From assembly GCF_000009045.1 (NCBI RefSeq), contig NC_000964.3, positions 990,001 through 1,022,000 on the forward strand: a stretch of DNA of 32,000 nt, read 5' to 3'. The notes below the pieces were generated by a model. It searched no databases and was not told where the DNA came from. It saw nothing but the letters and a program-made list of their open reading frames with translations. The position numbers were made by a program, and so were the translations under genes. This stretch comes from Bacillus subtilis subsp. subtilis str. 168. Its GTDB lineage: Bacteria; Bacillota; Bacilli; Bacillales; Bacillaceae. Each line of letters starts with the position of its first letter. Positions within the stretch are counted from its first letter, which is position 1. Positions 20,984-28,997 of the stretch are shown here, piece after piece.

Positions 20984-21226
20984 TTATGTGAGAAGGGCTA
21001 TTTGATCTTCATAAGTCAGCTCTGTGGCATGATCAATATATCGGAGAAGGGAATACAGCATCTTTTCTAAAACGGCGTAATCCTGTTCAAAATGATACGC
21101 ATGCAGAAAATGCTCAATTCGTTTTGATAACAAATCGTCCTCTGTACGCACCATTAAAATTAATAAATTATCCCATTGAGAACGATGGGTGTAATAAAGC
21201 GCTTTATCGTAATCGGCATAATCCAT
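20984..21226 (-). CDS. yhdB: Small acidic cytoplasmic protein of unknown function (80 aa)
   Basis: ATG is preceded by AAAGGAG on the minus strand. Size and position match yhdB. I recognise no motif. Confidence 0.75.
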   Translation of the reverse strand: MDYADYDKALYYTHRSQWDNLLILMVRTEDDLLSKRIEHFLHAYHFEQDYAVLEKMLYSLLRYIDHATELTYEDQIALLT

Positions 21227-21426
21227 GAATCGCTTCTCCTTTCTTGGGTGAGAAGTTCATGATTAGTTTATGCCGCATCCTCTGTTATTGACGGGGCAAA
21301 ACTTGCCGTCTGCGTCAGTAAAGGGGTAGCAATATGAGGGAGACATAAAATCAAAATGCCTGAATGAAGATATCGCTTTTGGTAAACCTATGAGGGAATA
21401 TATTCTGGGTACAGGAGACTGAAAAA

Positions 21427-21750
21427 ATGAAATCCCTGCCGTATACCATCGCACTTCTTTTTTGCGGATTGATTATCGTGTCAATGGCTGCAAAAGGTCA
21501 TTCAACGGACACAGACGAGTCCGTTCAAAAGTGGGAACAGCTTGCCTGGAGCAAAATTCAGGATGAATATAAGGGCGCTTCATTTTCTGATTATGCTTAT
21601 ATGGGGCGTACAGAGGTGAATGATCAGCAGACTAAAGATGTCTTTCGGGTGACAGTCAGACAGAAAGATGACACTTTTTCTGTTCGGGCCGAAGTCTATT
21701 TTCATCCGGTGACAAATCATATGATCAGCATCAACGTCTTTAGGCTCTAA
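21427..21750 (+). CDS. yhdC: Small secreted protein of unknown function (107 aa)
   Basis: The SD is CAGGAG and the signal peptide is [24 protein letters not shown]. Size and position match yhdC. Confidence 0.8.
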
Positions 21751-21754
21751 TAAA

Positions 21755-21790
21755 AAACTGTACAGCCGTTAAGGCCGCACAGTTTCTGTT
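21755..21790. terminator. Imperfect hairpin between convergent yhdC and lytF
   Basis: AAACTGTaCaGCC-gtta-GGCcGcACAGTTT has a 13-bp stem with two mismatches. A runs and T runs flank it. Confidence 0.55.
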
Positions 21791-21791
21791 T

Positions 21792-23258
21792 TTAGAAATA
21801 TCGTTTTGCACCGAGATAGCGCTGTTTCCAGTAAGAGTTGTTCATATTGGAAATGACAACTCCGGAATCGTTGGCATTTATGAATTCCCCGTTGCCTAGG
21901 TAAATTCCGACGTGGGAAGGGCCGGCTTTATATGTTGAAAAGAAAACGAAATCTCCGACAGCAGGCTGGCTAACTGATTTCATTGTGTTCCAATATCCCG
22001 CTGCCGTTAATCTAGATACGGATGTGACTTTGTTCAGTACATAGTAAATGAATCCGCTGCAGTCAAACCCGGACGGTGTCGTGCCTCCCCAGCGATACGG
22101 AACCCCAAGCTGCGCTTTAGCGGCCGAAATCATTGTGTTAATCTTCGCACTCGTTGAGCTGGTGGTGTTTGAAGAACCGGATGAAGACGATGATGAAGCT
22201 TTTCCGGAAATGACCAGCTTTTGGCCAACCTGCAAGACATCCGTTTTTAAATTGTTTTTCTCACGAATCTGCTGAGCTGTTACATTAAATTTTTGAGCAA
22301 TCACCCATAAGGAATCACCGCTTTTCACCGTGTATGTAGTCGTCGTGCCGGAGCTTGCATTTGACGAAGAAGACGACGATGATGAAGAGCCTGAAGATGC
22401 TTTACCTGTCAGCTTCAATACTTGTCCAACGTAAAGCACATCTGATTTCAGATTGTTGATATTTCGGATTTGCTGTACAGTCAGGTTATAGTTGTTTGCG
22501 ATTTTCCAAAGTGAATCACCGCTTTTAACGGTATATTTAGTTGTTGCTGAAGTTTGGTTCGATTTGGATGAATTGTCTTTAGAAGACGTATCAGAGCCGC
22601 TTGATTTTGTTTTCAACACCTGATTCACGTAAATGGTGTCTGATTTTAAGTTGTTCAAGACCTTCAATTCAGCGATGGACATATTGACTTTGTTTGCAAT
22701 TTTCCAAAGTGAATCTCCAAGCTGCACCTTATATGTTCCCGTAGAAGATGAAGAACTTGAACTCTTATTAGAACTGCTTTTTGAACTGGAGCTTGAACTC
22801 TTATTAGAGTTGCTTTTTTTACTGGAACTAGAGCTTGAAGAAACAGTACCGGACACCTTTAATTTCTGCCCAGCACGAATTAAATCGCTGCTTAGTCCGT
22901 TTAATTTTTTCAGTTCCTGCACCGTCATTTTAAACTCATTTGCGATCAGCCAAAGTGAATCTCCGCTTTTCACTGTGTAAACAGAACTTCCGCTCTTCTT
23001 GGTTGTTGAGCTTGAAGTAGATGAAGAAGTGCTGGATTTGCTGCCTGGAATAGTAAGCGTCTGGCCGATCGACAGAACAGTAGTCGAAAGATGATTGGCG
23101 GATGTGAGGGCCGCCACACTTGTGTTATAGGTTTGGGCCAGTTTCCATAAAGAATCTCCGCTTTTGACCTTAATCGTTGCTGCTTCAGCTGGTGTCACTA
23201 CTAAAGTTGTGCCGACAATCGCAGATGCTGTCAGCCCTGCTGCTAATTTCTTTTTCAT
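21792..23258 (-). CDS. lytF: Cell-separation D,L-endopeptidase: signal peptide, 5 LysM modules, NlpC/P60 domain (488 aa)
   Basis: Five copies of the Y(T/K)[11 protein letters not shown] LysM core are separated by poly-Ser linkers. The C-terminal domain has [19 protein letters not shown] (catalytic Cys) and PSHVGIY (His). Confidence 0.95.
   Translation of the reverse strand: MKKKLAAGLTASAIVGTTLVVTPAEAATIKVKSGDSLWKLAQTYNTSVAALTSANHLSTTVLSIGQTLTIPGSKSSTSSSTSSSTTKKSGSSVYTVKSGDSLWLIANEFKMTVQELKKLNGLSSDLIRAGQKLKVSGTVSSSSSSSKKSNSNKSSSSSSKSSSNKSSSSSSSTGTYKVQLGDSLWKIANKVNMSIAELKVLNNLKSDTIYVNQVLKTKSSGSDTSSKDNSSKSNQTSATTKYTVKSGDSLWKIANNYNLTVQQIRNINNLKSDVLYVGQVLKLTGKASSGSSSSSSSSSNASSGTTTTYTVKSGDSLWVIAQKFNVTAQQIREKNNLKTDVLQVGQKLVISGKASSSSSSGSSNTTSSTSAKINTMISAAKAQLGVPYRWGGTTPSGFDCSGFIYYVLNKVTSVSRLTAAGYWNTMKSVSQPAVGDFVFFSTYKAGPSHVGIYLGNGEFINANDSGVVISNMNNSYWKQRYLGAKRYF
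22203..23177 (-). repeat. Five tandem LysM-module coding repeats with Ser-rich linkers inside lytF
   Basis: Residues about 28-352 of LytF. The repeated SGDSLW...N(N/G)L(K/S)SD...VGQ(V/K)L units were read directly from the translation. Confidence 0.9.
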
Positions 23259-23308
23259 CTTAGCTCTCCTTTTTCCCCCAATGATTTTGCATTTGCTGTT
23301 TCTTTTTT

Positions 23309-23336
23309 ATATCGGCACATTTGTCTCATCGTTTTG
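23309..23336 (-). promoter_or_regulatory. Sigma-D-type promoter for lytF
   Basis: The minus strand reads cAAA-N16-GCCGATAT. The -10 GCCGATAT (plus-strand atatcggc, 23309-23316) matches the sigma-D consensus perfectly. It lies about 50 nt upstream of the lytF ATG. Confidence 0.8.
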
Positions 23337-23410
23337 CCTTTTTATAAAAATAGCCAAATTATCTTAACAATAAGGGGGAAAAAGGGCATAAAAAAAGAAG
23401 GAATCTTAAT

Positions 23411-23851
23411 CTATTCCTTCATTTTTAAAAGCTTCATGATATCTTCTTTGTTTTTGACGAGGTCGCGCAGTGTGTATTTGTCTAAAACTGCGAGGTAGGC
23501 TAAAAGCGCTTCATTCAGCACATGTTTTAAGCCGCAAACCGGGGAAATAACACAGAGATTCTTGTTCGCATCAAAACATTCAACAATATTAAAATCGTCC
23601 TCCGTTTTTCTGACAACCTCACCGATGTTGATGTCTTCAGGGTCCATGCCTAATCGTATGCCGCCGCCCCGTCCGCGTATCGTTTCTACGTAGCCGAGCT
23701 GGCCGAGCCTGTATATGACTTTCATGAGATGATTTTTTGAAATAGAATACGTTTCGGCAATCTGTTTTATATTTGAAAGTTCTCCGGGACGCTCTGCAGC
23801 CAGAAAAATCAACACTCTTAATGAATAATCTGTATAATTGGTTAACTTCAT
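23411..23851 (-). CDS. nsrR: Rrf2-family NO-responsive [Fe-S] repressor (146 aa)
   Basis: The N-terminal wHTH is MKLTNYTDYSLRVLIFLA...ISKNHLMKVIYRLGQLGYV. Three Cys lie in ECFDANKNLCVISPVCGL, the typical Rrf2 cluster ligands. Confidence 0.93.
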   Translation of the reverse strand: MKLTNYTDYSLRVLIFLAAERPGELSNIKQIAETYSISKNHLMKVIYRLGQLGYVETIRGRGGGIRLGMDPEDINIGEVVRKTEDDFNIVECFDANKNLCVISPVCGLKHVLNEALLAYLAVLDKYTLRDLVKNKEDIMKLLKMKE

Positions 23852-23921
23852 AATAAGACCTCAGAATAAGACATTTTCTATATCTTATCATAATCGATTG
23901 AAAAATGAAAAAAAAGGAATT

Positions 23922-23955
23922 AAAAAACATGCACCCAGCTGGGTGCATGTTTTTT
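23922..23955 (-). terminator. Terminator after ygxB (perfect palindrome)
   Basis: AAAAAACATGCACCC-agct-GGGTGCATGTTTTTT has a perfect 15-bp stem with A and T runs on both sides. It starts 2 nt after the ygxB stop. Confidence 0.9.
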
Positions 23956-23957
23956 GC

Positions 23958-25484
23958 TTACATGTCATTCGGCGGATTTTGGTTTTTACGGTTTTTTTCG
24001 ATTTCTGTGTTTTGCATTTTGCGTTCAAATGTAGACAGATAACGTGATGCAAAATCCTTACCGCCAAGGCCGAAGGATAAACCAAAAGCAAGTGCGAAGC
24101 CGCTAAGAACGATGATGAACGCGGAATTGACGATTGTCGCAGCGACACCCAGCTGATCCAGGGCCATAAAGAAAGCAAGTGCGATAATCGTATATTTAGC
24201 AATAGGCGCTAAAGACTTGAATTCCTGACCTTTTATCATGCTTGCGAGCACTTTTCTCACCAATTCTCCTGCGTAAAGGCCGAGTCCGAGAATGAATACT
24301 GCGACAAGGACATTCGGCAGATACGCGATGATGCCGGTGGCAATTTCTACGAGGAAGTGCAGCCGAACAATTTGAAGCGCCTCAGCTGTAAAGAGCAGAA
24401 TGACAATGATTTGCGCAATCATACCGACAACTTGAGACAAGGACAGCTTTGCAGGCGTTCCGGCTTCCATGCCCATTTTCCCTAAGACAGAATCAAAGCC
24501 TGCGCGATGGAGCAGTCCGGACACCATGGATTTCACCCATTTTCCTGCCCAGATACCCGCTAATACAAGCACGATGGCAATCATGATGTTCGGAAGCATG
24601 TTTAAAATCGTATTCAGCATAGAGACAGCTGGTTTTGAAATGCCGGCGACATCCAGCTGATCAAGCGCTGAAATGACCACCGGAATCATAATGAGCACAT
24701 AAGCGATTGTTCCGATGACTGCTGAAAGGCTTGTGTCTTTTAAGTAAATTGATAAACCCATACGTGCCGCGAATCTTTCGGTGCCGATGCTTGCAAGGAA
24801 ATTCGTAATGATATCACGGACAAGGCGGGCAACAAGCCATCCGATTAATACGATAAGCGCCGCTGCAAATAATTTCGGCAGAAAAGCGAGCACGCTTTCC
24901 ATCATATTTGTAAAAGGACCTGAAATGCCGCTGATTTTCAAAGAAGATAAGACCCCTGGCAGAAAAACAAGCAGCACGAGATAAAAGACAATTTGTGAAG
25001 CGGTATTGACAGCCTGGTGAATATCTTTTCCTTCAGACACCAAATTCCACTTGCGCAGTTTGTCACTCGTGTTCAGCTTCATCCCGATTTTTTTGACAAG
25101 GAAGCTCAAAACAGAAGCTGCAGCCCATCCTAACAGCAGAATGAGTCCGGCTTTCAGCACGCTTGGGATCGCAGCTGCAATCGCCGAAAGCATACTGACA
25201 AACGGCGATGCCACTGTTGTCAGGTGCAAAATGTTAAAGAATAAAATAAAGACGATGATCAGTGCGATAAAATAAACGACCTTGCTTATGACTTTTTCCG
25301 AGGAATAGCGTGAAGGCTTTTTCCCAGCAAAGAGCTTGTCGTCGATTTTTGTTTTGCTGAGTCCTTTGTATACCGCTTTTTCAATGATTTTAGCAATAGC
25401 CCAGCCGATTAATAAGACGAGTAAAGCAATGATTACGTTTGGCAGCTTACTGAGATAAGAAGAAAACACGTCTGCTACATTCAA
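23958..25484 (-). CDS. ygxB: Polytopic membrane protein built from repeated MscS-N-terminal-like TM-helix motifs; general-stress (sigma-B) gene
   Basis: I call TTG25484 as the start because AAAGGAG lies 9 nt upstream and a sigma-B-type promoter (25520-25544) lies inside the longer track ORF (to 25631). That track start would also leave only 15 nt before spoVR. The protein is highly hydrophobic with five LPxxxxAxxxLxxGW repeats. Confidence 0.85.
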   Translation of the reverse strand: MNVADVFSSYLSKLPNVIIALLVLLIGWAIAKIIEKAVYKGLSKTKIDDKLFAGKKPSRYSSEKVISKVVYFIALIIVFILFFNILHLTTVASPFVSMLSAIAAAIPSVLKAGLILLLGWAAASVLSFLVKKIGMKLNTSDKLRKWNLVSEGKDIHQAVNTASQIVFYLVLLVFLPGVLSSLKISGISGPFTNMMESVLAFLPKLFAAALIVLIGWLVARLVRDIITNFLASIGTERFAARMGLSIYLKDTSLSAVIGTIAYVLIMIPVVISALDQLDVAGISKPAVSMLNTILNMLPNIMIAIVLVLAGIWAGKWVKSMVSGLLHRAGFDSVLGKMGMEAGTPAKLSLSQVVGMIAQIIVILLFTAEALQIVRLHFLVEIATGIIAYLPNVLVAVFILGLGLYAGELVRKVLASMIKGQEFKSLAPIAKYTIIALAFFMALDQLGVAATIVNSAFIIVLSGFALAFGLSFGLGGKDFASRYLSTFERKMQNTEIEKNRKNQNPPNDM

Positions 25485-25519
25485 TTGGTATCGCTCCTTT
25501 TTCGTAGTATGGTGTGTGT

Positions 25520-25544
25520 TTACCCACTTATCCAATAAGCAAAC
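25520..25544 (-). promoter_or_regulatory. Sigma-B-type promoter for ygxB
   Basis: The minus strand reads GTTTGC-13 nt-GGGTAA, against the consensus GTTTAA-N12-14-GGGWAW. It lies about 36 nt upstream of the TTG start. Confidence 0.75.
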
Positions 25545-25588
25545 AGATGAATGTGCCGGGGGAATTTTTTCTTGCCCGAGTGAGACTA

Positions 25589-25617
25589 TCATCTTTTGTC
25601 TGGCGGGCTCATACATT
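25589..25617 (+). promoter_or_regulatory. Sigma-E-type promoter for spoVR
   Basis: TCATCTT-14 nt-CATACATT against the remembered consensus (G/T)(A/C)ATA(A/T)(A/T)-N14-CATACAHT. The -10 matches fully and the -35 matches 6 of 7. It lies 30 nt upstream of the TTG start. Confidence 0.7.
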
Positions 25618-25646
25618 ATAGATAAGTCCAAGTAGGGGGGATTCGG

Positions 25647-27053
25647 TTGAACGCGGAGGAGAAGAAGGGATTACAGCGGGCAATTGAGGAAATTACCGAA
25701 ATTGCAAAAGGATTCGGCCTTGATTTCTACCCGATGAGATATGAAATCTGCCCGGCTGAAATTATTTATACATTTGGCGCGTACGGGATGCCGACAAGAT
25801 TCAGCCACTGGAGCTTCGGCAAGCAGTTTCACAAGATGAAGCTGCACTATGATCTAGGGTTAAGTAAGATCTATGAGCTGGTCATTAACTCAGATCCATG
25901 CTACGCTTTTTTGCTGGACAGCAACTCACTGATCCAAAATAAATTGATTGTCGCACACGTTCTTGCTCATTGCGATTTCTTCAAAAACAACTGCCGTTTC
26001 CAAAACACGAAGCGCGATATGGTGGAAAGCATGGCGGCAACAGCTGAACGGATAAAACACTATGAACAGGTTCACGGGATAAAAGAAGTCGAATCTTTTT
26101 TAGATGCAATCCTTTCGATTCAGGAGCATATCGATCCGTCGTTGGTCCGACCAAAGCTCCAATGGAGTGTGGATGATGAGGAAGAGGAGATTGAAGAGGC
26201 AGCCACGCCTTACGATGATCTATGGTCTTTAGATGAAAAGAAACCGAAAAAACAAGTGAAAAAATCGAAAAAACCGTTCCCGCCGCGGCCTGAAAAAGAT
26301 ATCCTGCTTTTTATCGAGGAGCATTCCCGGGAGCTGGAGCCATGGCAGCGTGATATATTAACGATGATGAGAGAGGAAATGCTTTATTTCTGGCCTCAGC
26401 TGGAAACCAAGATTATGAATGAGGGCTGGGCTTCCTATTGGCACCAGAGAATTATACGTGAGCTTGATTTAACCTCTGATGAAGCGATCGAGTTCGCCAA
26501 GCTGAATGCAGGTGTCGTTCAGCCGTCCAAAACAGGCATTAATCCTTATTATTTAGGGCTGAAAATATTTGAAGACATTGAAAAGAGGTACAACAACCCG
26601 ACGGAGGAAATGAAGAAAATGGGCGTGCAGCCTGACTCCGGCCGGGAGAAAATGTTTGAGGTCAGGGAGATTGAATCCGATATCTCTTTCATCCGCAATT
26701 ATTTAACCAAAGAATTAGTCATGCGCGAGGATCTTTATTTGTTTCAAAAACAGGGCCGAGATTATAAAATCATCGATAAACAGTGGAAGTCGGTGCGCGA
26801 CCAGCTCGTAAGCATGCGGGTAAATGGCGGTTTTCCATATTTGACAGTAAACGACGGCGATTATATGAAAAATAACGAACTCTATATTAAGCATTGGTAT
26901 GAGGGCATAGAGTTGGATTTGAAATATTTGGAGAAAGTGCTTCCTTATTTATTCCAGCTTTGGGGAAGAAGCGTGCACATTGAGTCTGTGCTTGAGGATA
27001 AGGAAGTCATGTTTTCGTACGACGGAAAAGGTGTTCACCGCAGATATTTATAA
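25647..27053 (+). CDS. spoVR: Stage V sporulation protein R (468 aa)
   Basis: TTG start follows GTAGGGGGG. The 468-aa protein has the conserved SpoVR blocks ([26 protein letters not shown]). Length and position match. Confidence 0.93.
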
Positions 27054-27086
27054 AAAAGAGGATGCAGCGTTCTGCATCCTTTTTAT
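27054..27086. terminator. Bidirectional terminator between convergent spoVR and phoA
   Basis: AAAAGAGGATGCAG-cgtt-CTGCATCCTTTTT. The phoA stop (27083-27085) abuts the stem. Confidence 0.85.
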
Positions 27087-28468
27087 TTTCCAGTTTTTAA
27101 AATCTTAAATATGATGTTTGCCTGGTCCGTATTGTTAATCAATCCGCGGAATTTTTCTTTTCCGGGGCCGTACGCGTATACCGGTACTTCTTCGCCGGTA
27201 TGATCGGTACTCGTCCATCCGCTGTTGGAGCGGGTATTAAAAATCTTGATGATGGCTTTGGAGGCCCCTTTGCTTTTGTCAGCCTGTGCAGCTGCTTCAA
27301 CGCTTTTGATTTCTTCAGATGTGACTTTCAGATTGGCATAGCGGGCGAGCACATCTTTAACCGGCTTGCCTTCACTGATTTTTTTGGCCATGAATTCAGG
27401 TGTTTTCTTAGCGGAGAGAATCGGTTCTGCGTGCCAATTCTTTTCCCCGTTTGCGCCAATGGTAAAGCCGCCGGTTGTATGGTCAGCAGTTGCAATCACA
27501 AGTGTATGTTTGTCTTTTTTCGCAAATTCAATCGCGGCTTTATAGGCCTGTTCAAAATCTTTAACCTCGCTCATGGCTCCTACTGTATCATTGTCATGGG
27601 CCGCCCAGTCAATCTGGCTCCCTTCGACCATCAAGAAAAATCCTTTTTTATTTTGGTTCAGGCGATCAATTGCTGAAACCGTCATGTCTTTGAGAGACGG
27701 TGTTTTACTGTCACGGTCGAGCGCTTTAGCAAGCCCTCCATCTGCGAAAAGCCCGAGCACCTGCTGATCTTTATTTTTTTTCAATGCTTGTTTAGTTGTC
27801 ACATAGCTGTAGCCGGCTTGTTTGAATTCCTTTGTCAAGTTTCTGTCCTTGCGGTTAAAATAAGATTTTCCGCCGCCGAGCAGCACGTCTATTTTATGTT
27901 TGCCTTTTATCTTGTCATCCATATAGCTGTTGGCGATTTGGTCCATGTTTTTCCGTGATTCATTGTGGGCGCCATATGCGGCTGGAGTGGCGTGGTTAAT
28001 TTCAGACGTGGCGACAAGCCCTGTTGACTTGCCTTGCTGTTTGGCCTCTTCAAGTACAGATTTCACTTTTTTTCCGTTTTTATCGACGCCAATTGCATTG
28101 TTATATGTCTTAACGCCTGTCGCTAATGCTGTTCCGGCTGCTGCTGAATCTGTAATATTATAGTCAGGGTCATCCGGATGCGTCATCATCATGCCTGTCA
28201 GGTTCCGGTCAAATTCTGTTAACTTCGGGTTATTCGGTGTGTCACCGTTATTTTTCATGGAACGGTAGGCTCTTATGTAAGGCGTCCCCATGCCGTCGCC
28301 TATCATCACAATGACATTTCTGATCTCAGCTTTGTCTTGTTTTTTGGCGCTGGCCTTTTCTGTTTGCTGAAGCTCAGCTCCGGCAAAGATTCCAGCTGTA
28401 AGGACAGAAACAGCGGCGATTGGCAGAAGTTTTGATTTCATATTTTGAAACAAACTCATTTTTTTCAT
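27083..28468 (-). CDS. phoA: Secreted alkaline phosphatase A (461 aa)
   Basis: The signal peptide is MKKMSLFQNMKSKLLPIAAVSVLTAGIFAG. The metal site is MIGDGMG, the active-site Ser is in TDSAAAGTA, and later motifs are DWAAHDN and ADHTTGG. Confidence 0.96.
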   Translation of the reverse strand: MKKMSLFQNMKSKLLPIAAVSVLTAGIFAGAELQQTEKASAKKQDKAEIRNVIVMIGDGMGTPYIRAYRSMKNNGDTPNNPKLTEFDRNLTGMMMTHPDDPDYNITDSAAAGTALATGVKTYNNAIGVDKNGKKVKSVLEEAKQQGKSTGLVATSEINHATPAAYGAHNESRKNMDQIANSYMDDKIKGKHKIDVLLGGGKSYFNRKDRNLTKEFKQAGYSYVTTKQALKKNKDQQVLGLFADGGLAKALDRDSKTPSLKDMTVSAIDRLNQNKKGFFLMVEGSQIDWAAHDNDTVGAMSEVKDFEQAYKAAIEFAKKDKHTLVIATADHTTGGFTIGANGEKNWHAEPILSAKKTPEFMAKKISEGKPVKDVLARYANLKVTSEEIKSVEAAAQADKSKGASKAIIKIFNTRSNSGWTSTDHTGEEVPVYAYGPGKEKFRGLINNTDQANIIFKILKTGK

Positions 28469-28509
28469 GCCTCCTTTAATGTATTCCGTTTATCATGTTA
28501 GGGAAACTT

Positions 28510-28548
28510 TGTTAAATGCGGCTGTTGATCATGTAAACAATAAGTAAA
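28510..28548 (-). promoter_or_regulatory. PhoP-box array of the phoA promoter
   Basis: The minus strand reads TTTACT-5-TTTACA-5-AACAGC-5-TTAACA, four hexamers at exact 11-bp phasing. Three fit TT(A/T/C)A(C/T)(A/T). It ends about 40 nt upstream of the phoA ATG. Confidence 0.65.
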
Positions 28549-28997
28549 GCCTTGTAAGGAAATGAAAAAACGCTTTTCGTTATCTTGCCTTATTTGATGT
28601 AAAGCATTCATTTTTCAGAAAAATCTTTACCTCTCTGTCTTTGCATGATATGTTTGTTTAAATAAAAAAACTGCGGATAACCACAGCTCTCCTCGAATAT
28701 ACTTTATCACTCATTTTTCCGATATATGAGCCGACCCCGAAAGTTTTTCATTTATTTCCTTTATGTTGAAAAACATCCCATAAAACATGACAAAAGCACT
28801 CGTTTTTTGTCACCTTTGCAATGAAAATGAAATATTTAATACCCTTAAAAACTTTTTTTTAGAACGAATAATTAAGAAATTTGTCACATGAAGTCAAGAC
28901 TATTTCTGATGGGAATCTATCCTTATAATAGAAATCAATAAGATTAATTTAAAAAAAGAGATACATATATATAGAGTTAACATTTGGGGAGGAAAAT

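Noticed and set aside
21263-21454. 63-aa minus-strand ORF spanning the yhdB-yhdC spacer and the yhdC start.
   Set aside because: It has no SD, overlaps the yhdC SD and start, and has unremarkable composition. The nearby GACGGGGCAAAACTTGCCGTC hairpin has no adjoining T run on either strand.
22633-22980. Plus-strand 115-aa ORF with [21 protein letters not shown] repeats, plus 22048..22275 and 29549..29860.
   Set aside because: These are mirror images of the poly-Ser/LysM linker codons of lytF and lytE (AGC/TCT runs read antisense as GAG/CTT). They are a low-complexity artefact, not a coiled-coil gene or a repeat array.
22203-23177. Periodic repeats that could superficially look like a CRISPR or tandem-repeat array.
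   Set aside because: The repeats are about 200-nt protein-coding LysM modules in one continuous frame with divergent sequence. There are no short identical direct repeats with unique spacers.
23852-23872. 8-bp direct repeat AATAAGAC (23852-23859 and 23865-23872) overlapping the nsrR ribosome-binding region.
   Set aside because: It is short and AT-rich, I recognise no matching regulator motif, and it may simply reflect SD-proximal sequence.
28789-28811. Inverted repeat GACAAAA-N9-TTTTGTC and a repeated TTGTCAC (28806 and 28881) in the lytE upstream region, considered as a terminator or as WalR/sigma-H elements.
   Set aside because: There is no adjoining U tract for a terminator, and the half-sites do not fit TGTWAH-N5-TGTWAH. 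I could not place a convincing sigma-H or -35 element by eye, so I make no call.
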